Assembly: GCA_051942205.1 (NCBI GenBank)
Contig: JAVECO010000028.1
Span: forward strand, 1-64,000
Reading direction: 5' to 3'
Length of the DNA stretch: 64,000 nucleotides
Source of the DNA: Coniocarpon cinnabarinum
Lineage: Eukaryota
Positions within the stretch are counted from its first letter, which is position 1, and every line of letters starts with the position of its first letter. This document shows, piece after piece, positions 1 through 13,024 of the stretch. The notes beneath the pieces were generated by a model. That model worked only from the letters and a program-made list of their open reading frames with translations. It was not told the origin of the DNA and searched no databases. Position numbers and translations under genes: made by a program.

Positions 1-120
1 CTGCTCCCCTCGCTGACCCACCCATCCGCCCCTTCTTCCTCTGTCTCCCTTTTGTTTATTTCCAGCGTTCCCCGGCGGCCTCTTCAATTATTTCTTTGAA
101 GCGAAAGGGAGAAGACTTAC

Positions 121-459
121 CCCGTAACGTAATCCACAGGGATTTATGGCGTCGGCGCACGCGGTCAGGGGTGCGCAGTCGATTGCGACATTAGCGGAGA
201 CGGTGGCGACGCTGGTGTGGGAATGAGTTGATGACTTGGTGTGGGAAGTTGAAGTGGTGCTGCCTTCGGCGACTGAGAGGAAGGGTCCGAGAAGTCCTGA
301 GGATGAGGAAGAGGTGTGGCTACTGTGGGACGGACTTGTCTTGTGGATTACTGGACGGGCTTCTGTTGGCGCTGGCACTGGCGCTGGTGTAGCCTGTGGA
401 TGTGCTGTGGAGGATGTTGTGAGGAGCAGTAGCGTTATCAAGATGTTGAATAGTGCCAT
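121..459 (-). CDS. Small secreted Ser/Thr/His-rich protein with Cys motif, exon 1 (gene continues toward or past the window start)
   Basis: ATG at 459, signal peptide MALFNILITLLLLTTSSTA, S/T-rich linker, then DCAPLTACADAINPCGLRYG followed by a GTAAGT donor at 120. Confidence 0.7.
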
Positions 460-633
460 GGTGCTTGGCAGAATCAATGGGCAAAGAAATATCAGAAGAG
501 AAAAATGTGGTAGACTGTGGGATGACTGTCGGTTGACTCGCCAAAGCACATTCCTCAATCGACATCCTCTTCGACGATCGAGATTGAAACCCAGCTGACC
601 CATTCCAATTGACTATCGTCCACCACTCTCCAA

Positions 634-3600
634 TCATCGTGAGAACGTGTCGCTTTCAAGCATGTCCTCCACCATTCCCCTCGCATCACGTCCTACATCC
701 CTCGTCAAAAACTCCCTCGCCACCCTCTCCGCTACCACCAGCTCGCTCGCCTCCTCTTGACTAAGCGTGGCGCACGCCACCGTCAGGTCTTCACCTTCTG
801 TTTGCAACGCTGTGAGTTCTTGAGCGCGCGTGATGACATCTTCAGCGATGCCGTTGAGGCTCGCGCACACGGTGCCGAAACTGGCGGAGCTCAACCCGGG
901 TGTGAGATTATAGAGGTAAGTGACGTGCTGTCGACTGGCGGCCGCGGCGTTCTCGTCCAGTCGAATCTCCATGTGCGCAAAGGCGACGTTATCATTTGCA
1001 AGAAATACTCCTGGGTTGAAAATCTCGTGGAAGTGCGTCGCGGCCACGACCTTGGGTCTCTTTGCGTCGTCCAAGCAAGTCAAGTGCTCGAGTAGAGCGC
1101 AAGCGAGTCCGGCACCATCGGATGCAGCGGTGCCCTTACCGAATTCATCGATGACGAGGAGGCTTCTATTTGTGGCCATGTTGAGGGCACAGCAGACTTG
1201 TTGCAGGTCCACCATAAAGGCTGAACTGGAGCGGGAGACCGATTCGCGTGTCGCGACACGGAGGAGGATAGCGTCTGTGAGGCCGATGAGAGCGGAAGTG
1301 GCGGGCACGAAGGAGCCGATGTGCGCGAGGTAGGTGATGAGCGCGACTTGCTTGAGGTAGACGCTTTTGCCTGAGAAGTTTGGGCCGGTGAGGAGGAGCA
1401 TGCTTGGTCCTTGTCGTCGTTGCGAGGAACTGCTCACGTGAGAGGTGCTGCGAGAGCGTGTAGAGGCTGAGTCTTCTCGTGTATGCGAGCTGGCTGCTAG
1501 AATGGTATCGTTGGGTATGAACGACGGCACTGTCAGCTCTTGCAGGATGTGTCGTCCCCCTTCGATGGCGAGCACATTCTCGTGTGTGATCCGAGGACGA
1601 CAGAGATTATACCTTTTTGCACCTTCGGCGAGAGTCAGGTAACAGTCCAGCTCTGCACATAGCTCAGACGCAGCAATCAAGGACTCTTCGAACTTCATCA
1701 CTTCGAGGGCAAGCTCATGTATGATTTCGATCTCCCGGTCACATATCTCCGTGAAGAGATCGCCAAAGTGGTTGTCCATGGCACGCATTTTGTCATCCTT
1801 GTAATACACCAAGTCGTCGCTTGCGAACATCTTCTCCCAGACCTCGCTGTCCAGGCCTTCAAAGAGCGCTGCACCCGTCTCCTCATCTTTGGGCAATGCG
1901 ATGAGGAAGCCGATTTGAGGGAGGTAGACGACTTTGAGATCCTGGGGTAGACCCAACGGGATGTCGTTCTTGAGCTCACGAGCGACTGTCGCGAGCAAGT
2001 CGTCAATGCCTTGGTACACGTGTTTTCGACCATCGAGCTCTTCGTCAACACCCTGCAGGACGGCCGTGCGGAGAGTCTCAGAGGACACGTCAAAATCAAT
2101 GATCTGGGAGATCTTTTGCCCGACCTCAAGGATGTCTCGCAGCGCAAACTTGTCAGCAAAGCCCCGTGTGATAGCCAATTCTTCGATGCCAATGACCTCG
2201 CCGAGGGTCTTGTATATTTGAGTGGAGTGAAAAGAGAAGTCTTGCAGTCCTGACCAAGTTCTGTTTGCGACACGGCCTGCTTGACCAGATCCACTTGAAG
2301 CGCCCTTGCGCAGATTTGAGACCATAGACTTGACGTATTTGATGCCGCCCATTAGTCCCCGAAGAGTGCTTAAGACAGCACTGTTTTCGGGTCGTGAGAA
2401 GATGCTGACTGCGTCCAAGCGGTCATTGATGCGGTCGATGTCCACGAGAGGTCGAAGAAACATTTGCTTGAGAGCAATACGGCCCTGCGGGCTTTTAGCA
2501 AGGTACTGGAACAGGCCAAAGACTGAGAGGCCTTCTTTTGAGCCTGAAGAAGACTTTGTTGGACCTTGATTGTGAGCGGACGGATGGGACTCAGCTTGGA
2601 GTATTTGCAGAGACAACACTGTGTCTACATTTACAAACCTTTGGACGTCAGTGGTGCACGATAATTGTAGCCAGTGTGTGAATGACACACATGTAATCCT
2701 TGAGCGTGAACATACTGACGACCGAGATGCGGAAGAATGCATCAGCATCTAGATCACCAGGGAGATAAGCAGAGGCACGTCGACGTTGTAGGTAGGCAAT
2801 GATTGCTCCAGCACAGCCGACCTGTAGTGTTAGCAGAGTTTCTGTAGCGCGAGGTCCAGCCATACAGATACACGGCCCTCTGTCGACACAAGCGAAGACA
2901 GTCGGAGCATGCGAGCCTGATGCCCCATCTCCTCATCGACGGGTGACCCATCATCACCCGGAACAGCAAATACGACACGAGGACCAGCATATGCTCCAAT
3001 GTGTAGGTTGACGAGCTTGATCTTCGCTGCCTCATAGTCAAATTCGGCCGGTGGTCGAAAGTCCATGCTGTATGGGAGACGATCGGACCCCGAGTCCTCC
3101 TCAGCGCCATTGAACTGAGGGTCAAAGACTTTTACAGTGTCATCATGCTCTCGGGAACAGAGAAGAACCGTCGAAGGCTGAATGAACAGGCGTAATTGAG
3201 AGACCAGATCCAGCGTGCCTAATTGAAGATCTTCCATCAAGAAGAGCGTTTCATCGCGGGCCACATAATATGCACATCCAATGGTGTCTTTGCGCATCTC
3301 GAGACCCATAATGGTCTCGTCAAGAGAATCTTCGTCGTCGCCATTTGACCTAACAATGGACGGAGCGGCGCTGCCACGGGACTTTTGAGACGCCTGCCGG
3401 CCGGCCGCTGCGTTTGTGCGTCTCTGAAGTGGGCTTGATGACGAGAAACGCTGGTGGCTACGCTGAGCATTGCGCTGAGAGACGGCCTTCGGTCGAACGC
3501 TGCTTCTACTACTTTGTGACTCGCCTTGTCGAGCACGTAGACCTGCTCGGCTACGTCGATAGCGGAACCTTGAACTTCGTGAGCCGTTGCCACGCCTGGA

Positions 3601-3690
3601 ACTGGAGGAGTTCGACTGGATGCTGGCCGAGGACCGATTGATCCGGCGCTGATGTTGTGCTCGAGGAGCAGTACTGGGTGCTCGAGGCAT
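634..3690 (-). CDS. MSH5: MutS homolog 5, meiotic crossover protein (3 exons; introns 2822-2865 and 2639-2690)
   Basis: Walker A TGPNFSGKS, SAFMVDLQQ, DEFGKGT, ATHFHE, SFGTVCA; no N-terminal mismatch-binding domain; introns with GT/CTAAC or CTGAC/AG join ORFs 2830-3690, 2648-2863 and 634-2748. Confidence 0.92.
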
Positions 3691-3842
3691 CGCGCGAGGG
3701 GACTGTTAGAGTGGACAGACAGATAGCACGAAAAGAGACGAAAGTAAGTGTGAGATGGCGAAAAAAAGCGGTCTGGCGGTGTAGAGTCCATGTCAAAATC
3801 GCTATCTGCAAGCACGTGGTTTCTTCCAAAACGCAACATTCG

Positions 3843-4341
3843 TCATTGCACAGGCCGCTCTTTGCCTTCTCCTTGTTTGACCCATTCAGCAAACTCCCGC
3901 CTCGATTTTCTTACGTCCCAAAATCCTCTCCTCTCCTCCAGTGCTCGGTAGGGATTCCCTGTTGCCCCTTTGCCCTTGTTGACACTTCTCTCCTCACCCG
4001 CAGGAGCATTGGGATCCCACCCCTCGCGCTCAATCTTGCCTGCCCATTCTACCCAGTGGATTGGTCGCAGGGGCGCCGAGTTGAAGACAATGGAGAAGAG
4101 AAGGATGATGGTCGCCAACAAAGTCTCAACGGCGATGTCGGTAGGAACGATCGTTGGTTTCGAGGCAGGGGACGTGACGTGGGACAGCAACACAGAGTGC
4201 TCGTACGCAGAGTAGACGCTGCTAAAAGTCAGTCACTCAGATTTCGCTGCTCATAGCGGAGAGCCCGCTCCATTTGGGCGCCCACCTGTGCGTCAATAAA
4301 GTACCACCCATGACAGTCAGCACTAGTGTCGATAAAGCCAT
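3843..4341 (-). CDS. EMC5: ER membrane protein complex subunit 5 / MMgT family (2 exons)
   Basis: Spliced N-terminus MALSTLVLTVMGGTLLTHS-VYSAYEHS, PTDIAVETL, LRPIHW, LEERRGFWDVRKSRREFAEW. Confidence 0.85.
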
Positions 4342-4804
4342 CTTTGCTAGAGCTGCTAGTGAGCTTCTCGATCACGAATTGGACTGTAGGGCCAAACAAA
4401 CGCAGCGAGGTGAAGCCTACAACTGATTATAGACCCAAGTCTTGCAGCCTTACTATTAAGGCTAGAACAAACTCAAGCATATGATTCAGGTCACGGAATA
4501 CCATCCTAGCTTTGCATTATAGAGCTAGACGAACTCATAGGATCTTGTCCAAACGTACTGAGAATGATGCATGTCACGTCCATGTGTAAAGTTAATCATG
4601 CATGTTTCTCTCGATTGTGGTTACAAGCTCTCTAGTCATCGATACCATAGTGGCGTTTGAAGTTGTGCTTCGCTTCTGTCGCTGAGAGTGGAGCCACACA
4701 CAGTGGCGGTTGACTTGGTTTGCAGATATCCTCGCCCGTGTCTTGATCCTCAACATGCCGCGATGGCTGAGAGAATGGCTCATACATCGCCATAATTTTG
4801 TCAC

Positions 4805-6783
4805 TCAAAGTTCGCAGCCTTGAGCAACTCGTCCATACGGGATTGTCAGTGAGCTCTCCACAGGAAGGGCCTCAATTCTGAATTGTTTCTCCCACATTGG
4901 CATGCCAAAGCGGGTGCTGAAATATTCGAGCACTCTCTTCATCTCCTTGATGAATTTCAAAGTCCGCTCATCGTTGTTATCCCGCTCAGGATACTCAAAT
5001 TTTGGAGGAGCCTTTGTACCCTTCGGATGCGGGTCACTCCTAGGTTTGTTCCCTTTCAACAGCCATTCGCTGTGTGCACGAAAGTTGTGCACGAATATGT
5101 GGCTGATTCTCTGTACACGAATGCCTGATGTGTACGATAAACTTTTGGAGGTGTTTGCATCATCCATTGCATTCTGAATTCGGTCGCAGTATTCGATGCA
5201 TTTTTCGAAGAGAAGGCTTTGTGCCAATTGTGAGATTTCTGGCACTTTAGGGGACGGTGCTAATAGCTGTACGACTGTTGCTATCATTTCCAGTATGGTC
5301 AAGTCCTTGACGGGGCCCGGCCTGCCATCTGGTAAATCTTTAAGCCATTGATGAGCTTCATCCCACTTTTCCCAAATGTAAGAATAAGGCTCTTTTAATG
5401 GGATGTGTCCATTTTGGTGAAGATCCTGCCATATCGCAGACTGCACCTGGCGAATCTGGAAATGACGCCACCCGTACTCAAAAGGCTTCATCCACACAGA
5501 AGCTTCTGGCGGAGCGCCTGGTAGCTGACTGTCGAGGAGAGAAGCCTCAATGTCAACATTAGTAGATGCATCGCTGAATGAGAAAGCTCTTTGAAAAGCA
5601 ATGCTTGTAAGCCTGTTCCACGTCAGTCTTGTCAGTCCCCTCCGAATGATGTCGGCCCATACCTGTCCATAGCGTATAGACACATGAAGACTCTTCTCCG
5701 CGCCTCAAGATGGCCTCGTGCAACACGAGCTTGCTTTGGTGGATCTTGATGCAGACCCAAATCAACTGCCGCCCTGGTAACAGCGCCGACCAAGGTCCAG
5801 TTGTCGAAGCGACGAGGGTCGTATCGCGAATATTCGACTAGCAGCAACATTGCCTGGATACTCGAAATATTGTCAGGTCTAAAAGCATCTTCCACAAAAT
5901 TCATCGCAGCCATGGCATGAGTACCAGCCCGAACATAGTTTTGGTCTCCAAATTCTAGTGACTGCATTATCAGTGCCGTCGCTATGACCATGCGCAAGAC
6001 ATAGTGATGGTAAGGCAACGCTTGATCACGATACACTGCATGAAGAGATGCATAGAAGGTCGATTTTTCGATGACTGGCAACACTAGAAAGATGTTTTGC
6101 AGATATGATTCTCCTAGCTCCTGTGCTTCTGCTTTCGAAGGAAGTGACATATCGGACATGTCCAGGTAATTGTCTCGCGTAATGGCCCACATTGAAATGC
6201 GCGCGACTGACATGAGTGATGAGAAGCCTTTGTAATCGCGGGCTGCAGCATTGATCGAGCTGAATAGGTATACCTTGTTAGCGGGATGGCATGCGTTAGC
6301 TATCGAGGAGGTCAAGCTGCACCTACAGGAGACCGAAGTTGGAAACCAGGTCATTGACTTCTCGGTTCTCCCTCTTCTTGCTTGGTCGTCTATCCCGCCG
6401 GCCATGCGGGGCGGAGTCTGTTGTTCCATTCGCAGTTGTGTTTAGCTCTGGATTGTTCGATGAAACTGGTGTGCTGGATTGTTTACCATGTGTTCTTTCC
6501 GTTTCTCTAAGTTCCGCTTCGAGACTATTTATTTTTGTATGAAGGTAGTTTGGATAGCTTCTTTCCTTTCCACGTGCGAAGTCGTCACCAGGGTTGATGC
6601 ACTTGTCCGCCTTTCCTGCTTTGTCGCCTATTCGGTTTGAGCATGCGACACACAGTGTGGGAGGGTTCACAACGTACAGGCAGAACACGCAGGGAGCTTG
6701 CCATCACACCTTGTCTTGGCTGCTCTGCACGGCTGGCAAGCAGCGATGGGTCTGCTTACTTTCAGGATGGGTTCATGACCCAT
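4805..6783 (-). CDS. Zn(II)2Cys6 transcription factor with fungal-specific TF middle domain (Ppr1/UaY/Stb5-like group), at least 4 exons
   Basis: Exon 1 reads MGHEPILKVSRPIAACQPCRAAKTRCDGKLPACSAC, spliced to DKAGKADKC; middle domain AAVDLGLHQDP...EARRRVFMCLYAMDR; true 3' end uncertain. Confidence 0.85.
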
Positions 6784-8346
6784 TTCGGGGGCTACTTCAG
6801 GACGAGCGACACAGGATCTTCTTTCATAGAAATCTTTATGGCAATTGCGTTATGCGATGCGAATACCTTGGGTAATTGGCAAGCAGAAATGTCGTTCAAG
6901 GTTGTGGTTCAAGGGCCAAACAGCATCGACGGTACGCCTCCGGAGTGAGCTGTAGTCGAAGTAATGCAGTTCGTAATGCTCCATCGACTTTCTCAGTGAT
7001 TTGATTCAAATACCCCCGCTAGATACGATGCTCTGTCGGCGCGGGAGAGGAGCGAGCATTCTCTTCGCAAGAGAATTGCCCCTTTCGCTTGCTGTGACAG
7101 TCTGATAGGACTTCTCCGATTCGCAGGCAGCTGGCTGGGATGTATGTCGGTAGATTGTGGATAACGAACGGAGACTTCGTCTCGGCAATGTGGATGAACG
7201 ACGATCTGCAGACCAGATTGGTTCACAGAGCAGCAAATGGCGCAGGCGTCAGGTTGCAAGAGCCCAGTCGGTCGCTAGGAGGCAGCGTGGCGGCAAGATG
7301 CCTTGCCTGGGAACGCGGATGAGATTGCCGACCGGTACGTACTATCCGGAGAGACCCTATCAAAAAAATGGACGGACACGTACCAAAAAATTCGCAGAGT
7401 TACTCATAAGATCGTTACATGGCTTGACCAGGGGCTCGTGGAGCTCGAACGCGCAGTTGATCAGGGCAATATGGCGCAGATTGTTATCTTATGCTACAGT
7501 ATGTAGCCTGACAGAGATTCCACCCACTCGGTGAGGTGCAGCTGGCCGTCGGCGTTGTCGTCGAAAGAGAACCGCACGTGACAGCATGCCGAGACTCGAG
7601 AACACTTGGAGCGCCACTGTGCCACTCATTGCCTGGCTAGAGTCACGTGTATGTGGCGCAGCATCGGTCTAACCCATCACGCCATTCACCACTTGCATCA
7701 TCTCCTAGGCTCATCTCGTATCGAAGTGGCTGTCTTCAACGCGTCATGCGCAAAGGTAGAACACTAAACACGCCAGATAATCCGGCAGGAGCTTTAGCAC
7801 ATCTCACAACCATCACAGCTGCCAACAACCCCAGCGAAGGGCACACTCCGTAGCCCCTAGTTCTTGACAATTACGCCTCATCTTGCCACGAGATCCGCAT
7901 TCTCCCACATCCTAGATCTGGGCTGGACCGCAAAATTGAGAGGTGCCACCATGAAGTTTAACTCGAATAATGTTTACGCTCCTTGGCGTAGGGGATCTCT
8001 CCGCACATAACCCCCCACAGCTTACTCTCCACATCTTTCTTCATCCCTGTGCGTCGGCCCCTTGAAACCCTTTGTTGTAGCACCGACGTGGGGTAAACTG
8101 ATATCACTTACCTCAAACATCCAATCCATACCGAATTGGGCTCGGAAACAGGGTGCCGCCATCACAACTTCAGGCTTGAGCCTCAGTGGTGTCCGCTCAC
8201 CCGTGTAGACCATCAGCAGATATATAATTCGGGACATCGCGCGTGCAAAAAGTCACAAAGTGACGGTCACTGAGCATGAAGTTTTGAACCTGGCTTATCG
8301 CTAGGCTCAGTCCTCTTTCTATTGGTGACCGTGTAAAATTCTGAAG

Positions 8347-9387
8347 ATGCTGTCGGCTTTCATTGCGCTCGGACTTTGGCTATGTGCTACTATTGCCAGT
8401 CCAGTCCCAAAGACGGATTTCTCTCTCGTGAGCAGAGATATTCAATCAACCTTCCAATGGAGCTCTAGCGGCCCGCTCGTCTCGGCGAAGAACGACGGCA
8501 GGGGGATTGCTGGTATCAAGGACCCCTCCATCGTCTACTACAACGGCGAATATCACGTCTTCGCCTCCACGGCGCAAAGCGCCGGCTACAGCTTGGTCTA
8601 CTTCAGTTTCACAGACTTCAATCAAGCGAATTCTGCCACGTTCCACTACCTCGACCAAACGCCCATTGGCACTGGCTATCGAGCGGCTCCCCAAGTATTC
8701 TACTTCGCTCCGCAGAAGCTATGGTATCTTGTATTCCAGAACGGGAACGCTGCTTACTCCACGAACCCGGACATCAGCAATCCTGCCGGCTGGAGCGCGC
8801 CGAAGAACTTCTACAGCAGCCAACCGAGCATTATTACACAGAACATAGGAAATGGGTATTGGGTGGATATCTGGAACGTTTGCGATACAGCAAATTGCTA
8901 CTTGTTTTCTTCTGACGACAATGGGCACTTGTACCGCTCGCAAACGACGCTCGCCGACTTCCCGAACGGAATGACAAATACAGTCATCACATTGTCGGAC
9001 TTGAACAAGAATGCTCTCTACGAAGCGTCAAACGTCTATAATGTCGGCGGTGGAGAATACCTCTTGATTGTTGAGGCCATCGGCAGCGACGGTCGGCGTT
9101 ATTTCCGCTCATGGACCTCGAGAAGCCTGTCCGGCTCCTGGACGCCACTCGCCGCTACAGAAAGCAATCCTTTTGCACGCGCAAACAACGTTGCCTTCAC
9201 CGGCACGGCCTGGACGAAGGACATTAGCCACGGTGAGGTGGTGCGGACCAACGTGGACCAGACATTGACGATAAGCCCCTGCAAACTGAGGTACCTTTAC
9301 CAAGGGCTTGACCCGAGTGCGGGAGGAGATTATAACAGCCTGCCGTGGAGACTGGGTCTGCTTACGCAGACGAACTCGGCTTGCTGA
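8347..9387 (+). CDS. axhA: Secreted alpha-L-arabinofuranosidase, GH62, intronless, no CBM
   Basis: Signal peptide; IKDPS, WVDIW, YEAS, SHGE motifs; LYQG..P...YNSLPWRLGLL C-terminus. Confidence 0.95.
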   Translation: MLSAFIALGLWLCATIASPVPKTDFSLVSRDIQSTFQWSSSGPLVSAKNDGRGIAGIKDPSIVYYNGEYHVFASTAQSAGYSLVYFSFTDFNQANSATFHYLDQTPIGTGYRAAPQVFYFAPQKLWYLVFQNGNAAYSTNPDISNPAGWSAPKNFYSSQPSIITQNIGNGYWVDIWNVCDTANCYLFSSDDNGHLYRSQTTLADFPNGMTNTVITLSDLNKNALYEASNVYNVGGGEYLLIVEAIGSDGRRYFRSWTSRSLSGSWTPLAATESNPFARANNVAFTGTAWTKDISHGEVVRTNVDQTLTISPCKLRYLYQGLDPSAGGDYNSLPWRLGLLTQTNSAC

Positions 9388-10228
9388 TTGGAAGAGATTT
9401 TGCGCGCGAGTGATTCAGGATGATATGTAGCAATACTTTCCCACCTGTTAGTGCGACGTCGCTGCCTGCTGTATCGGTAGCTCAGGGATGCGAAACTACG
9501 TAAAACGTGCCCGACTAGGAATTGATGCAACAGTGCGACCCAGCGACGATACAAGCGCCCCAGAGCGTCACATGCGACATCAAAATGTGCCCATTCGGTG
9601 CGAAGTCTGGGGTCTTATTCTCGCAGTGGTGGCAAACCGGCCGCAAGGGTCCAGCAAGAAAGTACTTGCCGCATATTAATTCAGCATTCTGTGAGTTGCA
9701 GAGGGCTTTCGTCGTTGTGCTTGTAGCCTTTTCACCTGAATCTTTCTGATCGTACAGGCTCGTCGCCTAGACTGAGACCCGGCACGCCCGGCAACGACCT
9801 TCACCTCTAGTGCACAGCCACCTGATGTATTGTTGCCTTAGCCGCTCATGCGCCACAGCCAACCCCACCATAAGAAGAACCGTTGATCGACCACCGTGCC
9901 ACCGTTCCCTCTTGGGTACCGTGGTCCTGTGGTACTGCACTCTCTCCCTCATCTCGCTGTCAGTCTTCTACCTCTTCGAGCCTTCGCGCCTTCGGATCTT
10001 AGGCGTTGTGTGGTTGCCCCGGTGGAAATGTCCGATGCTTCGGTCTAGCATATCTCTCGCTGCCTGTGGTCTCGTTCGTTTCGCAAGCTTCTTCACACTC
10101 CAGCATCTCTTGCCGACCTAGTTGCCACCCTCTTCATATTTCAGAATCGACGACTCCCTTCATTTGTCTAGTCTTCCAGTCAGCCATGTGTCGCGCCGCA
10201 GCACAGAGCATTCGCCTTACGTCCCACG

Positions 10229-12714
10229 ATGCCTGGACCTACGTCACCAGCCGAACGGGCTGGCCGTCGACGCGCTGACTCCTCCCCTAGCCGTTCTGCG
10301 TATACTTTGACAGCGTGTATTCGTTGTCGAGAAGTCGGTGTCCCATATCTAGCCCGTGTGCCAAGTTCTGACCCCACGATCAGCGCAAATCGAAATGCGA
10401 TCCTTCGTTACCCCGCTGTGGTCCCTGCGAGCGCAGTGGCCAGCTGCAGTGCGTTTACTGGGACACAAGCAAACAGGAGCGGGTATCACGCAGCCGGATA
10501 GTTCAATTGCAAGAAAGAGTGGAGCAGCTGGAATTGGCACTCGCCCAATACGATATTCAGGACGGTTCTGAAGCCGACGACGAAGAGCTTGTTCGCAACG
10601 CTGCTGCTGTGGAATTCAAAGCTACGGCCGAACACAAACATCTTGGACCGTCCAGTGGTACTACGATGACGCGGCTCGTGATGCGCATGGCAAAACATGC
10701 TATGGCAGTCAAAAGCATCAACGACGTGATTCCAGCAGAGTACATACGTCAAGTGGGTGCAAAGGCAGCGCAGCAGGAGGCCAGACCCATCGCGAAGAAT
10801 GCTGAAGACTACCCACTGATAAGTGCTTATGCTGAACGAAAGCTACCCGGAAAAGAGTTGTGCGACAGACTCATTCAATTGTACAATATTAAAGGTAAGC
10901 AACCCTTTCCTAACGGTTGAAGCAATGAAGCTCATTATGCCTCAGTTCAGTCAATGTATCCGCTTTTTCATGAGGCTTCTTTGCCGGAGTTTTTCGATGA
11001 ATACAGGCGCGATTCGGCCAGCGCGGCACGCAGCTTCATCGTCCTGATGATTGTCGCCATTTCAGTCCAAAGACTCGAGACGAAATACTCTGGTGTCGCT
11101 GATAGCTTTTATCTAGGCGCTCTAACTTATTTTGAGGAGGTGGTGAGAGCTATGAATTTTGAAACACTACAGTCCTGTATACTTATTGGCCAGTATTCGT
11201 TATTGACTCCTACAAGAACTGCAGCATGGTACATCGTTGGCCTTGGTGTGCGACTTGCTCAACAACTGGATTTGACTGACGAGGAGACAATCGGTCTCAA
11301 CGAATATCGTCAGCCGGATACGCCGTACAACATTGACATGAAACGACGCGCGTTCTGGGCTATTGTAACTATGGATTATGGGCTGGCACACAGCCTGGGT
11401 CGGCCAGCGTCGATGGCAACATCAGTGGAACATCTCAACGTCAAGTTCTTTCTACGCATCGATGACGAATATATTCAGCGTGATAAAATCCACCCTGGTC
11501 CGTTTTCTATTCGAAAATGGATCGCTATGCATTTCTACAAGATGCGTCTTCTCCAACTTGAAATACGACGGGTGTTATACCTCTGCAGACGACCGACACC
11601 GAACAACGACGCCGATCCTTGGTTTAAAACAATGGAGAGAAAGCTGAAAGACTGGCGACATGATTCACCAAATAGCGACGAAGGCAGCGGCTTTGGCGAT
11701 TCCTGGTTCAAAGGAAGATACCACACCATGATCGTGTTTCTTTTCCGTCCGTCGCCACAGGTTCCAAAACCCTCAGCGCGAGCAGCCTTACTCTGCTATG
11801 ATGCCTGTGAATCAAACATCTATATGCATCGCGATCAGGCGACATATAAGACCGTTGAAATGACCTGGATTTGGACACAGTCAATTTTCATGGCAGTGAA
11901 CACCATTCTCTGGAGTCTGTCTTACGTCGAAGTACGCGAAAAAACATCACGTGAAAGTGTTGAGACGCACCTCCGAGTAGCAATGGATGTCATGCGTCTC
12001 GCTTCCGAGAGGTGGCCAGGCGTTGACACAGCTATCGACTTGTACGAGAAACTTATCACTGCCTGTCTTCGAGTCTTCGATTGTGAGCGAGACGTTTCTC
12101 TCGGACCGAATCCATATACCGATTCAGAACGCTCTGGAGCATCGACATCTCCGAGTCCACACTTTCCGAATGCGCCAATTCCACTCGCAAGCCTCACTCA
12201 AATCCCGCGCGCAGACCGACGAAGAGACGTAGTTAAAATTCAGGGAGGACCGCAGCCGAATGGCCTCGAGGTTCATCCAACCTTAACGCAGGCTCCCGTT
12301 TCCGATCCATCGCTCAATTTCACTTATGCACAGCCAAATGCTTATCATGCTCAATATGCACAAAGCTCCGTGACAACAGCTCGGCCTTTGCAACCTTCTA
12401 ATAGCGATGGCTTTGGATATCCTTTACCGACGACGTACTCTCAACTCAGTGGATATCATTTCACGCCCGCGAGTGCAGCGCCAATGATGGGGAGTATCGG
12501 GACTCTTGGCTCGCATGATCTACACGATGAAGCAAGGTGGACTGATCTCAGCGCTTTTGGGGAACCCATGAATCAAATGCAGCACGATGAGCTAGTTCAA
12601 GATCTCCAGACGAATGAAATTCCGCATATTGGGACGATGGTCCAGCAAGGAGATGCTTTTTGGCAAGCGCACGCAATAGACATGCCGTATCAATGGGAAG
12701 ACGCTTTGGAGTAA
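10229..12714 (+). CDS. Zn(II)2Cys6 transcription factor (Ppr1/UaY-like group), 3 exons
   Basis: TLTACIRCRE|RKSKCDPSLPRCGPCERSGQLQC across an intron near 10333-10384; HLGPSSG; DMKRRAFW...DYGLAHSLGRP; FLFRPSPQVPKPS. Confidence 0.9.
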
Positions 12715-13024
12715 GACCTTCCACACGGATAATACTTCATAGTAGCTTCCTCAGCTCATGATCGAAAGCTGAAAAACACCTCCTTCCTGAGTGAACAGTT
12801 TCCATGGCCTCCAAATCAGGCAGTCGCTGTTGCTGTGCTAACAATTTTGATGCAGGCGGTTCTCACTGCTATGTATTTGCGTCTTCCTCTCTTGTGCTCT
12901 GCGACCAAACCATTCCACATTCGCTCTTCTAACAATCTCCCATTCTTTGAGCATTGCAAGCAGCTTTTTCGACCCTCACATACGTTTTCGACCCTTAGTA
13001 ACCGTGTCTGCTTACTCTACAGCA

